From: Methanobacteriota archaeon
GTDB lineage: Archaea; Halobacteriota; Bog-38; Methanoflorentales; Methanoflorentaceae
Assembly: GCA_963719035.1 (NCBI GenBank)
Contig: CAVRAO010000008.1
Coordinates: 288,001 to 352,000 of the forward strand
DNA length: 64,000 nucleotides
Direction: 5' to 3'
A program made the translations under genes and the position numbers. The notes below the pieces were generated by a model that made no database searches, was not told the origin of the DNA, and saw nothing but the letters and a program-made list of their open reading frames with translations. Numbering within the stretch: position 1 is the stretch's first letter; every line of letters begins with the position of its first letter. This document shows, piece by piece, positions 32,020-40,501 of the stretch.

Positions 32020-33326
32020 TACAAGTGCCTCTTCACTATGGCCATAGCGGTTCTGTAGAGCTCTTTTGCCGCCGACAAGTCTTGCGCTTCAGCAGTTATC
32101 CTTAGCTTTGGCTCTGTTCCGGATTTTCTCACCAAGAGCCAACCTTCCTCAAAATCAAGCCTCACGCCATCTATAGTCGTCATCTCGACGTAGTTAAGCG
32201 CGCGTAGTTCCTGAGCAATCGCCACCATCGGATCTTTGTCACTTTGGTGCTTACAGGATCCTCGCAAAATGTGATACTTAGGAAACTGTGCGATAAGTTC
32301 AGAGATCGATTGTTCGGCTGCAATTGAAACGATTCGCGCTGCTGCGTAGATGCCATCCGGACAGTATGAAACGCTGGGAAAAATCCAGCTGCCGCTGCTT
32401 TCACCTCCGAAGTCCGCCCCTGAATGCTTGACTTCTTCGGCGACATAAACGTCACCTACGCGCGTTCGACGGACAGGACAAGGGAGCACGTCATCAACCA
32501 TGCGTGAGACATCAACGGGACAAACTACCATCTTTTTCGCTTCGTTCACGCCAAACAGCGCGAGCATCTCGTCGCCAGTGACGTACTTCCCGCCGCGGTC
32601 AATTGCCATCATGCGATCAGCATCACCGTCGTGCGCTATGCCGATGTCGGCGTGAAAACTTCGCACAGCTTCCGTGAGAAGGTTTAAGTTGCTTTCGATC
32701 GGCTCGGGATCTCTTGCAGGAAAGAACCCATCAAGCTGTGCATTGAGCGTAATCACGTCACAACCCATTTCTCTAAGCACGTATGGTGTAATAGTTGCTC
32801 CTGCTCCTGAGCCGCAGTCAACAACTACTCTGCAGCTTACCTTGTTGAAGTGAGCTAACACTTCCTTTTTGTGATCATTGATTGCGTTTTCATAAGAAGT
32901 GATTCTCCCGATGGCGTCCCAGTTCGCCCGACTTCCTGAATACACCGGACGCGATAACGCTTCGGTAATAGATGATTCAATGTCTTTTTGCTGCCTGCTA
33001 TTGAACGAGGTTCCGTCAGAATTCCACAATTTGATGCCGACATATTCAGAAGGATTGTGTGAAGCAGTGACCATAATCCCACAATCATAATTTCGTGCTG
33101 CGTAAGAGAGTGTAGGTGTCGATACGAGGCCGATTCGTGTGATGTCGCACTCACAAGCGGTGAGTCCGGAAATAAGCCCAAACTCAATCATTTCGCTAGC
33201 AATTCGAGGATCTCTGCCGATCACGGCAGATGTACACCTTGATCCGACGGCAAGTCCAATACTAACTGCTAGCTCTGAGTTGAGGTCCTTATTAGCTATC
33301 CCACGAATTCCCGAAGATCCGAACAT
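32019..33326 (-). CDS. glmM: Phosphoglucosamine mutase
   Basis: FGSSGIRG, TASHNP, DGDADR, GGESSG, RKSGTEP; coupled to glmU. Confidence 0.9.
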   Translation of the reverse strand: MFGSSGIRGIANKDLNSELAVSIGLAVGSRCTSAVIGRDPRIASEMIEFGLISGLTACECDITRIGLVSTPTLSYAARNYDCGIMVTASHNPSEYVGIKLWNSDGTSFNSRQQKDIESSITEALSRPVYSGSRANWDAIGRITSYENAINDHKKEVLAHFNKVSCRVVVDCGSGAGATITPYVLREMGCDVITLNAQLDGFFPARDPEPIESNLNLLTEAVRSFHADIGIAHDGDADRMMAIDRGGKYVTGDEMLALFGVNEAKKMVVCPVDVSRMVDDVLPCPVRRTRVGDVYVAEEVKHSGADFGGESSGSWIFPSVSYCPDGIYAAARIVSIAAEQSISELIAQFPKYHILRGSCKHQSDKDPMVAIAQELRALNYVEMTTIDGVRLDFEEGWLLVRKSGTEPKLRITAEAQDLSAAKELYRTAMAIVKRHL

Positions 33327-33461
33327 GGTAAGCTTCTTGCCCCTTTACGCACCGCAGTTCATCATGCAGCAAATGGCAAAAATTACAGTCAGAATCCGTT
33401 TCCCATTGAAATTAAATGTTTTGGTAAAACTATAAATCAAGAGCTATACTTTCAATATTTC

Positions 33462-33950
33462 GTGCGTCGACTGACAGAGTATGAGGCATATGAGCGCAAC
33501 TCGATGTGGGGTTGGTCAAAAATTAAAAACCCCTTGAGAGTGGCCCTGAACTACTTGGTAATACGCATATCTGGCTTCTTGCCTTCATTGAAAATAAAAA
33601 ACGCACTCTATCGTTCAATAGGCATCAAAGTTGGCAAGAATGTTGCTATCGGTTTAGAAGTCACTTTCGACATCTTTTTTCCTGAATTAATAGACATCGG
33701 AGACAATTCCATCATTGGATACCACTCCACACTGCTTTGTCACGAGTTCTTAGTAGATAAATGGAAAAAAGGCCCAGTGAGAATCGGCAGAAACGTTTTG
33801 ATAGGGGCAAATACAACAGTTCTGGCCGGAGTTGTCATTGAAAGTGGTGCGACGGTCTCGGCCTGCTCGCTTGTCAACGGGGACGTAGCCGGAGACGCCC
33901 TTGTCGGTGGGGTTCCAGCTAGAGAGATTAGGAGTGAATCCGGGACGTGA
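33462..33950 (+). CDS. YvoF-like hexapeptide O-acetyltransferase
   Basis: NS.W, KNALYR, D.FFPELI.IG.NSIIGY, HEFL pattern resembling Bacillus YvoF. Confidence 0.7.
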   Translation: MRRLTEYEAYERNSMWGWSKIKNPLRVALNYLVIRISGFLPSLKIKNALYRSIGIKVGKNVAIGLEVTFDIFFPELIDIGDNSIIGYHSTLLCHEFLVDKWKKGPVRIGRNVLIGANTTVLAGVVIESGATVSACSLVNGDVAGDALVGGVPAREIRSESGT

Positions 33951-34543
33951 GGCTCCGTGGCATAGTGGAAAATATTCCACTTCTGATTCTGATTATTATA
34001 ATCAACATTGCCGGTTCGCTGGTCGGTCTATTCTACTACTGGGATCAGCTCGTATCTGCGAGCCCCTTTGCCTGGATATTCATACCAGATTGCCCCCTGT
34101 ATACCTTGTTAATAGCCGTTGTGCTCGCTGTGTACGTTAGCACAAAGCGTAGCTCTGATCTAATCAACTTCATCACAGCCGTCGGATTGGCAAAATATGG
34201 AACGTGGACTGTAGCTGTCGTTTTGGGGTTCAGCACGTTCTATTTTTCAGTCGACAGCAGCCTGTACACAGTGCTTGTTCTCATGCACGTTGCGATGGCA
34301 GCTGAATTTATCCTTCCACTGCTCTTGATTCGGCAGCTCAAATATCGCTGGGCCGCCATTGCCCTTGTATGGTTTCTTGCAAATGATTTCGCTGACTACT
34401 TTTTAGGCACGCACCCCACCGTTCCAACAAGCGAAATCTCGCGTATCGCTGCATTTACTTTCCTGCTCACGCCGCTTTTCATAGCATTAGCTTACTATAC
34501 AGCTAGATTTTTAAATAATAGCAAAACACATAAAAACCTATAG
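33947..34543 (+). CDS. DUF1405 family membrane protein
   Basis: G..YY..QL, FIPDCP, KYGTW, ND..DY..GTHP. Confidence 0.85.
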   Translation: MRLRGIVENIPLLILIIIINIAGSLVGLFYYWDQLVSASPFAWIFIPDCPLYTLLIAVVLAVYVSTKRSSDLINFITAVGLAKYGTWTVAVVLGFSTFYFSVDSSLYTVLVLMHVAMAAEFILPLLLIRQLKYRWAAIALVWFLANDFADYFLGTHPTVPTSEISRIAAFTFLLTPLFIALAYYTARFLNNSKTHKNL

Positions 34544-34648
34544 CGGGGGTTGCCAAGCTAGGTCAAAGGCGCAGGGCTTAGGACTACACAATGTGAGTGA
34601 GGGACCCTGTCTCATAGGAGTTCGTGCGTTCAAATCGCACCCCCCGCA
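34543..34648 (+). tRNA. tRNA-Leu(TAG) with 21-nt intron at 37/38 (34583-34603)
   Basis: Acceptor GCGGGGG/CCCCCGC+A; anticodon stem CAGGG/CCCTG; anticodon TAG 34579-81; long variable arm; T-arm GTGCG-TTCAAAT-CGCAC; BHB with CTTA/TGAG helix and two 3-nt bulges; CCA not encoded. Confidence 0.95.
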
Positions 34649-34835
34649 CTATTCACGCTACTATCCGCTTTATGATGATCTGCAGGCTCAGCATAGGTGA
34701 AATTAGATGCTAACCGTTCGGTTAATAGCCAACAGAGCGACAAAACGAGAGCAGGGCGAGGAAGAAGCTGTTTGCCGATCACTTCGCTACGAAATCGATA
34801 GTGGCAGTCAGATTCGTGTCGCTCAGAGTGTCATT

Positions 34836-35708
34836 TCAAGGCAAAAGCATTAAAAGATCGGCGCTCGATTCAATTTTGGTTTCTATGCCGTCTTTGAAAA
34901 GACGGACTGTGCCCCCGCTTTCTGAAACTGTTACCGCTATTGCTTGCGTCTCACGCGTCACTGCAAGCGCTGACATGTGCCGCCCGCCAAATCCACCGAG
35001 CTCGATTGACTTCGTGTTAACATCTAAATATCTGCCCGCCGATATTATCACACCTTTGTCGTCAACTATAAACACACCATCAATCTGCGCAAACTCTTTA
35101 ATGGTTTCCCAGTGAGAGCGATTCTTGATGTCACGCGTATCCTCAGTGTGACCTTTATATGGATTGAGGATAAGCTGGTGAGATCTCTTCAACACTTCGT
35201 TGGTATCTCCTATGATGAAAGCGGTTCCTACTTTCTTACCTTCTCTCCCTTCTCTTCCCAATTCAAGAGCCAGACGCAATACGGCTTTTAGCGCGGTTGG
35301 ATCAACACGTTCGCCCGTTTTGTCTATTGTCTTCACAGTTGCGAGCTGCTTCACATCACACACAACGATCGATGACACTTCAGGTAGACATAGTACCCCA
35401 AGAACGAACCCTCCATTGAGTATGTCGTGAACATAAGCAGCTGTTGCAACGTCCTGCACAAGAACAAAATCATTTAACGCGGGGGCAATAATGCTTGTGT
35501 TGAAGTTTTGGGCGACACCTTCGCGCAAAAAGTCTCGCAATTCTTTGTTGACACCTTTGGTAAGCGAAGAAGTCGTGATGAAGGTTGCAGGGACATCAAA
35601 TGATATCTCATTGCAGGGCACGTCTGAGATCACAAAAACGTGCGTCGCATTGACCATTTTCGCTAGATCATTAGCAGCCGTTGTTATTGCTGTGAAAATT
35701 TGATCCAT
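34836..35708 (-). CDS. dacZ: Diadenylate cyclase, DacZ type
   Basis: REGREGKKVGTAF, KEFAQIDGVF, GGRHMSA, VSESGG. Confidence 0.88.
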   Translation of the reverse strand: MDQIFTAITTAANDLAKMVNATHVFVISDVPCNEISFDVPATFITTSSLTKGVNKELRDFLREGVAQNFNTSIIAPALNDFVLVQDVATAAYVHDILNGGFVLGVLCLPEVSSIVVCDVKQLATVKTIDKTGERVDPTALKAVLRLALELGREGREGKKVGTAFIIGDTNEVLKRSHQLILNPYKGHTEDTRDIKNRSHWETIKEFAQIDGVFIVDDKGVIISAGRYLDVNTKSIELGGFGGRHMSALAVTRETQAIAVTVSESGGTVRLFKDGIETKIESSADLLMLLP

Positions 35709-35824
35709 AGAGTCCTATGCTTCAGATATGCAGGCTTTCGCTATGTATACTCTTTCTCTTGATTTAAAAAAACTGCGTTAGCTGATTTTGAAAGAGCGCT
35801 GGTTGATCTATTTATATTTGTTTC

Positions 35825-37012
35825 GTGAAATGGCAAGAGATGAAGCACTTTAACGCGGATTTACACCTACATTCACGTTTCAGCATAGCGACGAGCCCCA
35901 AAATGGACTTACCGCACATGAGTGAAGCGGCTCATACAAAGGGCGTTGATATACTTGGAACGGGTGATTGCCTTTACAGGCCTTGGCTCGATGAGCTTGA
36001 ATCGACCCTAGAAAAAATTGGAGACCGCTATGAGATTGAAGGAGTGGCATACATAATTCAAGCTGAAGTCGAAACAACGATCGGGGGCCGTATCCACCAC
36101 TTGTTATTCTTCCCAAGTTTCTCTTCGGCTTACAAACTGCACGACATCATTTTGGAGGGCGGGTATTCCCAGCTTACAAGCGGCAGACCTCAGCTTAAAA
36201 TATCGCCCGAATGCCTTGTCAGCTTGGCTCGTGATGTCGGTGCGCTTATCGGACCTTCACACGCTTTTACGCCGTGGACTTCGATGTACGCAGCTTTTGA
36301 AAGCTTAGACGATTGCTATGGAAAGAATGCAAAGCACATCACCTTCTTAGAACTTGGATTGAGCGCCGACACTCAAATGGCGAGTAAAATTGCGGAATTG
36401 GACTCGTGCGCCTTCGTATCTTTCAGCGACGCCCATTCACCGTCACCAGATAAGCTAGGCAGAGAGGTAACACGATTCTACTTGAACCGTGCAAGTTTTC
36501 GCGAAATCAAGAGGGCTTTTAAAGGCGTTAACGGCCGGGAGGTAGTTCTCAACGTTGGTCTCGATCCCCGGGAGGGCAAATACCATTTGACAGGTTGCCG
36601 CCGATGCAAAAAAGCGTACAATTTGGAAGATGTCATCATTGAAGGGAGAGTCCTGAAAACCTGCCCTGCATGTGGCGGACCTCTTAAAATCGGAGTGAAA
36701 GATCGAATACAACTCCTAACGCTCAAGAGCCACAAGGTTTCCTTAGCCCGAAGGCCGCCGTATATGCACGCCGTTCCGCTTATAGAGATACTAAAAGCTA
36801 TGAAACAGTCACAACGTCTGAACGTTAAGAAGGTTTACGAAGCGTTGATACAACAGTTTGACAACGAGATAGATATTCTCATCGACACGCCTTTGGCTAG
36901 CCTAAAGCAACACCACCCACAACTAGCCGAGATACTCGCCCGATTTAGAAAAGACGATATCGAATTCGAGTTTGTTGGAAGAGGCGGCTGGTACGGAAAA
37001 ATTAAAATCTAA
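35825..37012 (+). CDS. Endonuclease Q family (PHP domain plus zinc finger, TIGR00375-like)
   Basis: DLHLHSRFS, GTGD, HAFTPWTS, ELGLSAD, SDAHS, GKYH, CxxC..CPACG, GGWYG. Confidence 0.88.
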   Translation: MKWQEMKHFNADLHLHSRFSIATSPKMDLPHMSEAAHTKGVDILGTGDCLYRPWLDELESTLEKIGDRYEIEGVAYIIQAEVETTIGGRIHHLLFFPSFSSAYKLHDIILEGGYSQLTSGRPQLKISPECLVSLARDVGALIGPSHAFTPWTSMYAAFESLDDCYGKNAKHITFLELGLSADTQMASKIAELDSCAFVSFSDAHSPSPDKLGREVTRFYLNRASFREIKRAFKGVNGREVVLNVGLDPREGKYHLTGCRRCKKAYNLEDVIIEGRVLKTCPACGGPLKIGVKDRIQLLTLKSHKVSLARRPPYMHAVPLIEILKAMKQSQRLNVKKVYEALIQQFDNEIDILIDTPLASLKQHHPQLAEILARFRKDDIEFEFVGRGGWYGKIKI

Positions 37013-37368
37013 TAGTTTTCAGTTTGCCGCTTTCTGTTCTCAAGGTTCTTTTTTTCGTAAGCTTCGATGACCGTTTGCGGAGTCAAACCGGCACTGATCA
37101 TCGCAGACACCAAAAAGTGTAAACAATCAACAAGCTCCTCATGGACATCCCGCCACTTCTCTTCAGTCAATGTACGCTGTTTCCACCACTTTTGGTCGCC
37201 AGTGATGACAACCCCAAGCGTATTGCGTGCCTCGTACGACTCCTGTATGAGGTGCCCGAGCAGTGCGACAACCCTATCTTCCTTATTCCATTCACTGAAA
37301 GGGGGTCGATTTTGCACAAATTTATCGAAGCTTGCTTGTAGTTCGAAGATCCTTTCGAGCCTATCCAT
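37009..37368 (-). CDS. Dimeric all-alpha dUTPase (dUTPase_2/MazG-like)
   Basis: E..E, KWWK, EELVDCLHF, KN.EN..RQ..Y. Confidence 0.8.
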   Translation of the reverse strand: MDRLERIFELQASFDKFVQNRPPFSEWNKEDRVVALLGHLIQESYEARNTLGVVITGDQKWWKQRTLTEEKWRDVHEELVDCLHFLVSAMISAGLTPQTVIEAYEKKNLENRKRQTENY

Positions 37369-37436
37369 GGTGATGACAACAAGAGGTCGAAGGTAATAAC
37401 GCTACCGATGTATATACATAGAAAAATTGATCTTAA

Positions 37437-38543
37437 GTGAACAGTCAGTTGAGGGAGGAGTTTCGCATCCAACCTATGGACAAAACGAGACGCGACAGGT
37501 TAATTCTCCTAGGTTTTGCAGCATTTGTTTTAGTGGTCCTCATTTTTATCTCGTGGCCGTTCAGAGATGTAATAGCGGTGACGCTTCTGCTTGCGTTTAT
37601 TCTTCAATATCCCACAGCTTGGCTCGAAAAACGCATACATAGACGACGAACCTCGATTCTGATCGTCATAATGTCTATTTTTGCAGCCCTCACCTTCGTA
37701 TTGCTAGACATCGTTTACATTCTCTATAGTGAGATTACGAGTCTTTCTGTCTCATCTGAGAACATAAATGACCTCCTCAATCAAGGCTTGGAAGGCCTTA
37801 TCAAGAATTTTAGCGCTCGAATAAGCGAAAGTCTTAGAGTCACAATCATACAAGATAGGATCTCCCAGATATTGTCCACAATTCTGAAAGACGCGCTTGC
37901 GAGTTCAACAGGAATAATTACCAGAGTTATCCCAAACATTCCGCTCTACGTCGTCGAGCTCATAATCATTACTCTGCTTCTTTACTATATCTTGCTACGC
38001 GGCCGCGACTTCTTAGATGAGATGATCACGTTAGTGCCTGCCGAGTATCAAAGCGACTTACATCGGTTTCTAAAACATCTCCAAAGCATTTATTACTCGC
38101 TCTATGTCGTGAACCTTGGATCGAGTCTTGTTAGTGGCATTTTCGCTGCAGTCGGATATGCAATCCTTGGAGTGCCGTATTTCGTTACTTTTGCGATACT
38201 CATCGCCATTTTTGGGCTCATTCCAGTCATAGGCAGAGCAATCATATATGTCCCTCTCACGTTATACTACCTGCTCATCGGAGATCCCGTCAGAGCAATA
38301 GTGCTCCTAGTCTTCAGTTGGGCTGTGCTCGATCAACTAACGGGCCTGTACATCCTTCCTTTGTGGGCACACCGTACCGGCAGAGTCCCACAAGCACTTA
38401 CGATTCTCGCTTTCACGGCACCCATTTTTGCCCTCGGTCCAATCGGCTTCGTAATAGGACCCGCGGCTTATGGGCTCGCCCTTGCTTTGTACAGAACTTA
38501 CCGAGATACAAAGCAACTAAAAAGCTTGACCGCAGGTTTTTAG
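37437..38543 (+). CDS. AI-2E (PerM/UPF0118) family transporter
   Basis: LAFIL.YP, LIPVIG, GPIGFVIGP; multi-TM. Confidence 0.85.
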   Translation: MNSQLREEFRIQPMDKTRRDRLILLGFAAFVLVVLIFISWPFRDVIAVTLLLAFILQYPTAWLEKRIHRRRTSILIVIMSIFAALTFVLLDIVYILYSEITSLSVSSENINDLLNQGLEGLIKNFSARISESLRVTIIQDRISQILSTILKDALASSTGIITRVIPNIPLYVVELIIITLLLYYILLRGRDFLDEMITLVPAEYQSDLHRFLKHLQSIYYSLYVVNLGSSLVSGIFAAVGYAILGVPYFVTFAILIAIFGLIPVIGRAIIYVPLTLYYLLIGDPVRAIVLLVFSWAVLDQLTGLYILPLWAHRTGRVPQALTILAFTAPIFALGPIGFVIGPAAYGLALALYRTYRDTKQLKSLTAGF

Positions 38544-38544
38544 C

Positions 38545-39465
38545 ATGTTAACAGCAAACCTAAGCGGCTACCCGAAGAGGCCCGATCTGGACTCTATTCG
38601 GAAATATTTGGACGTTGGCGGTGAAAACCCGTTCACGACGTCTGTAAAGAGGGCTGTGCGGGACCAAATAGAAGCCAAAGTAGATATAGTGACAGACGGC
38701 CAGATCAAAGACCCCATCACCTTAATAGCTTCTAACGTTCCAGGAATGGAGACTAATGACTACGTTTGGATCGAAGGTAAACTAGGGGCTCCGCGAAGGC
38801 CGATGATGGCAGGAGATTTTCTAACTGCTGCTGCCGAGTGTGGCGATGCCAAGCTCGTAAAAGCAGTCTTGCCGGGCCCATTTTCGTTTGCTGAAAGCTG
38901 CAAAGTGAAGCCCCAATCACCATATAGCTCAAATCACGACGTAGACCTGCTGTTCGATATCGCATCCATTATTCGTTTCGAAATCCAAGCGCTAAAAGAG
39001 AGCAAGGCACGCTTGATTCAAATTGTCGAACCCATCGAGAGTGTAAAGGACATTGACGTTTTCTTAGATCTGCTGTCGTTTTTGTTCAAAAGGGTTAAAA
39101 CGCCAATATGTCATCTCGAAGGTGACGTCAGCATGGCGTTTCCGCAGCTACTTGATGCAAAAATCTCAGTTATTTCATTTGATGTTGTTGCTTTCCCACA
39201 GAGTCGCGAGATTCTTAAATTTGAGGAACTTTTTGAGGTACACGAAAAAAAAATCTCTTTAGGATGCGTCGACTCGTCAGCAGCAAAAAAAGAATCAGTC
39301 GATTCGATCGAGAAGCGGGTTATCGCCTTCGTTGACGCTTTTGGTTATGAATCTGTCTGGATTTCCCCGAATAAAACCCTCGCGAGTCTCCCACCACGAA
39401 CAGCATTTCACAAACTACAGCAACTATCAACTGCTAAAAACCGAATTACCGCCAGAATGATATAG
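38545..39465 (+). CDS. Core (single-barrel) MetE-like protein lacking zinc cysteines
   Basis: GYP, DQ..A.VDIVTDGQ, PGPFSFA, IQIVEP, GCVDS; HxC is HLE and PDCG is PNKT. Confidence 0.75.
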   Translation: MLTANLSGYPKRPDLDSIRKYLDVGGENPFTTSVKRAVRDQIEAKVDIVTDGQIKDPITLIASNVPGMETNDYVWIEGKLGAPRRPMMAGDFLTAAAECGDAKLVKAVLPGPFSFAESCKVKPQSPYSSNHDVDLLFDIASIIRFEIQALKESKARLIQIVEPIESVKDIDVFLDLLSFLFKRVKTPICHLEGDVSMAFPQLLDAKISVISFDVVAFPQSREILKFEELFEVHEKKISLGCVDSSAAKKESVDSIEKRVIAFVDAFGYESVWISPNKTLASLPPRTAFHKLQQLSTAKNRITARMI

Positions 39466-39542
39466 TTGTTCTATAAAGACAAAGGCTGCTGATCGTAAGA
39501 GAAATATAGCCTTTATCATATCTACGTCTTGGAGTTGATCAC

Positions 39543-40481
39543 GTGCTTAGCGTTAATGAGATTTCTATGGGAATCGTCGAAGAGATGCTCGACTACACTG
39601 AAGAGCTAAAGATAGAAGCGCTCGAACTTGACAACGGTTCCACAGTAATTGATTGCGGTGTTAATGTTGAAGGGGGTTATGAAGCTGGAGAGATGTTTAC
39701 AGAGATATGTCTTGGCGGGCTGGGATCAGTTAGGCTAACTGTACAGACGCTGAAGGATACACCTCTGGTGTTTATCCACGTTTTTACCGATCATCCCGCT
39801 CTAGCAACCCTCGGATCGCAAAAAGCGGGCTGGTCCATTAAGCACGACAAATATAGTGCAATGGGTTCGGGACCCGCGCGAGCATTATCTTGCCAGCCAA
39901 AGAAAACGTATGAATTGATAGATTACGAAGATGATTATGATTTTGGGGTAATCGCCCTTGAATGTGACCATCTACCCGATGAGAAAGTTGCAGAGGGGAT
40001 AGCGGAGCAATGTAACCTTGAGCCGTCAAAACTAACGCTGTTAAATGCACCGACATCTTCGATAGTCGGCACGGTTCAGGTAGCAGGGCGGGTCGTTGAG
40101 GTTGCCGTTTACAAAGCAGCTGAACTTGGGTATGACACTCTGCAAATACAAAGCGCTGCTGGCTCGTGCCCGATAGCACCAGTCACAAAGGATTCGCTCC
40201 GAGCAATGGGTATGACAAACGACGGCATCATATATTATGGAAATGTCTTCATGACTGTCAAAAAGTATGACAAGATTTTCGAGAAACTGCCCTCGGAAAC
40301 GTCTTCATCATACGGCAAACCCTTTTACCAGACGTTCAAAGAAGCCGACTATGACTTTTATAAGATTGACAAGTTTATGTTCGCTCCTGCCCAAATAACA
40401 GTGACAGATACGCAATCAAACGAAACGCACAAACTTGGTCGCTTAAACGAAACCGTGCTCGCCGAATCGTTTGGGATTTAA
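39543..40481 (+). CDS. mch: Methenyl-tetrahydromethanopterin cyclohydrolase
   Basis: IDCGV, CLGGL, GSQKAGW, GSGPARAL, ND.I.Y.G, DFYKID..FAP. Confidence 0.95.
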   Translation: MLSVNEISMGIVEEMLDYTEELKIEALELDNGSTVIDCGVNVEGGYEAGEMFTEICLGGLGSVRLTVQTLKDTPLVFIHVFTDHPALATLGSQKAGWSIKHDKYSAMGSGPARALSCQPKKTYELIDYEDDYDFGVIALECDHLPDEKVAEGIAEQCNLEPSKLTLLNAPTSSIVGTVQVAGRVVEVAVYKAAELGYDTLQIQSAAGSCPIAPVTKDSLRAMGMTNDGIIYYGNVFMTVKKYDKIFEKLPSETSSSYGKPFYQTFKEADYDFYKIDKFMFAPAQITVTDTQSNETHKLGRLNETVLAESFGI

Positions 40482-40501
40482 GCTCCTGCAGTTGCAAAAA
40501 G

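Noticed and set aside
34670-34830. C/D or H/ACA sRNA downstream of tRNA-Leu (ATGATGA; GAGCGACA/TGTCGCTC+AGA)
   Set aside because: No properly placed CTGA box or clear K-turn/pocket
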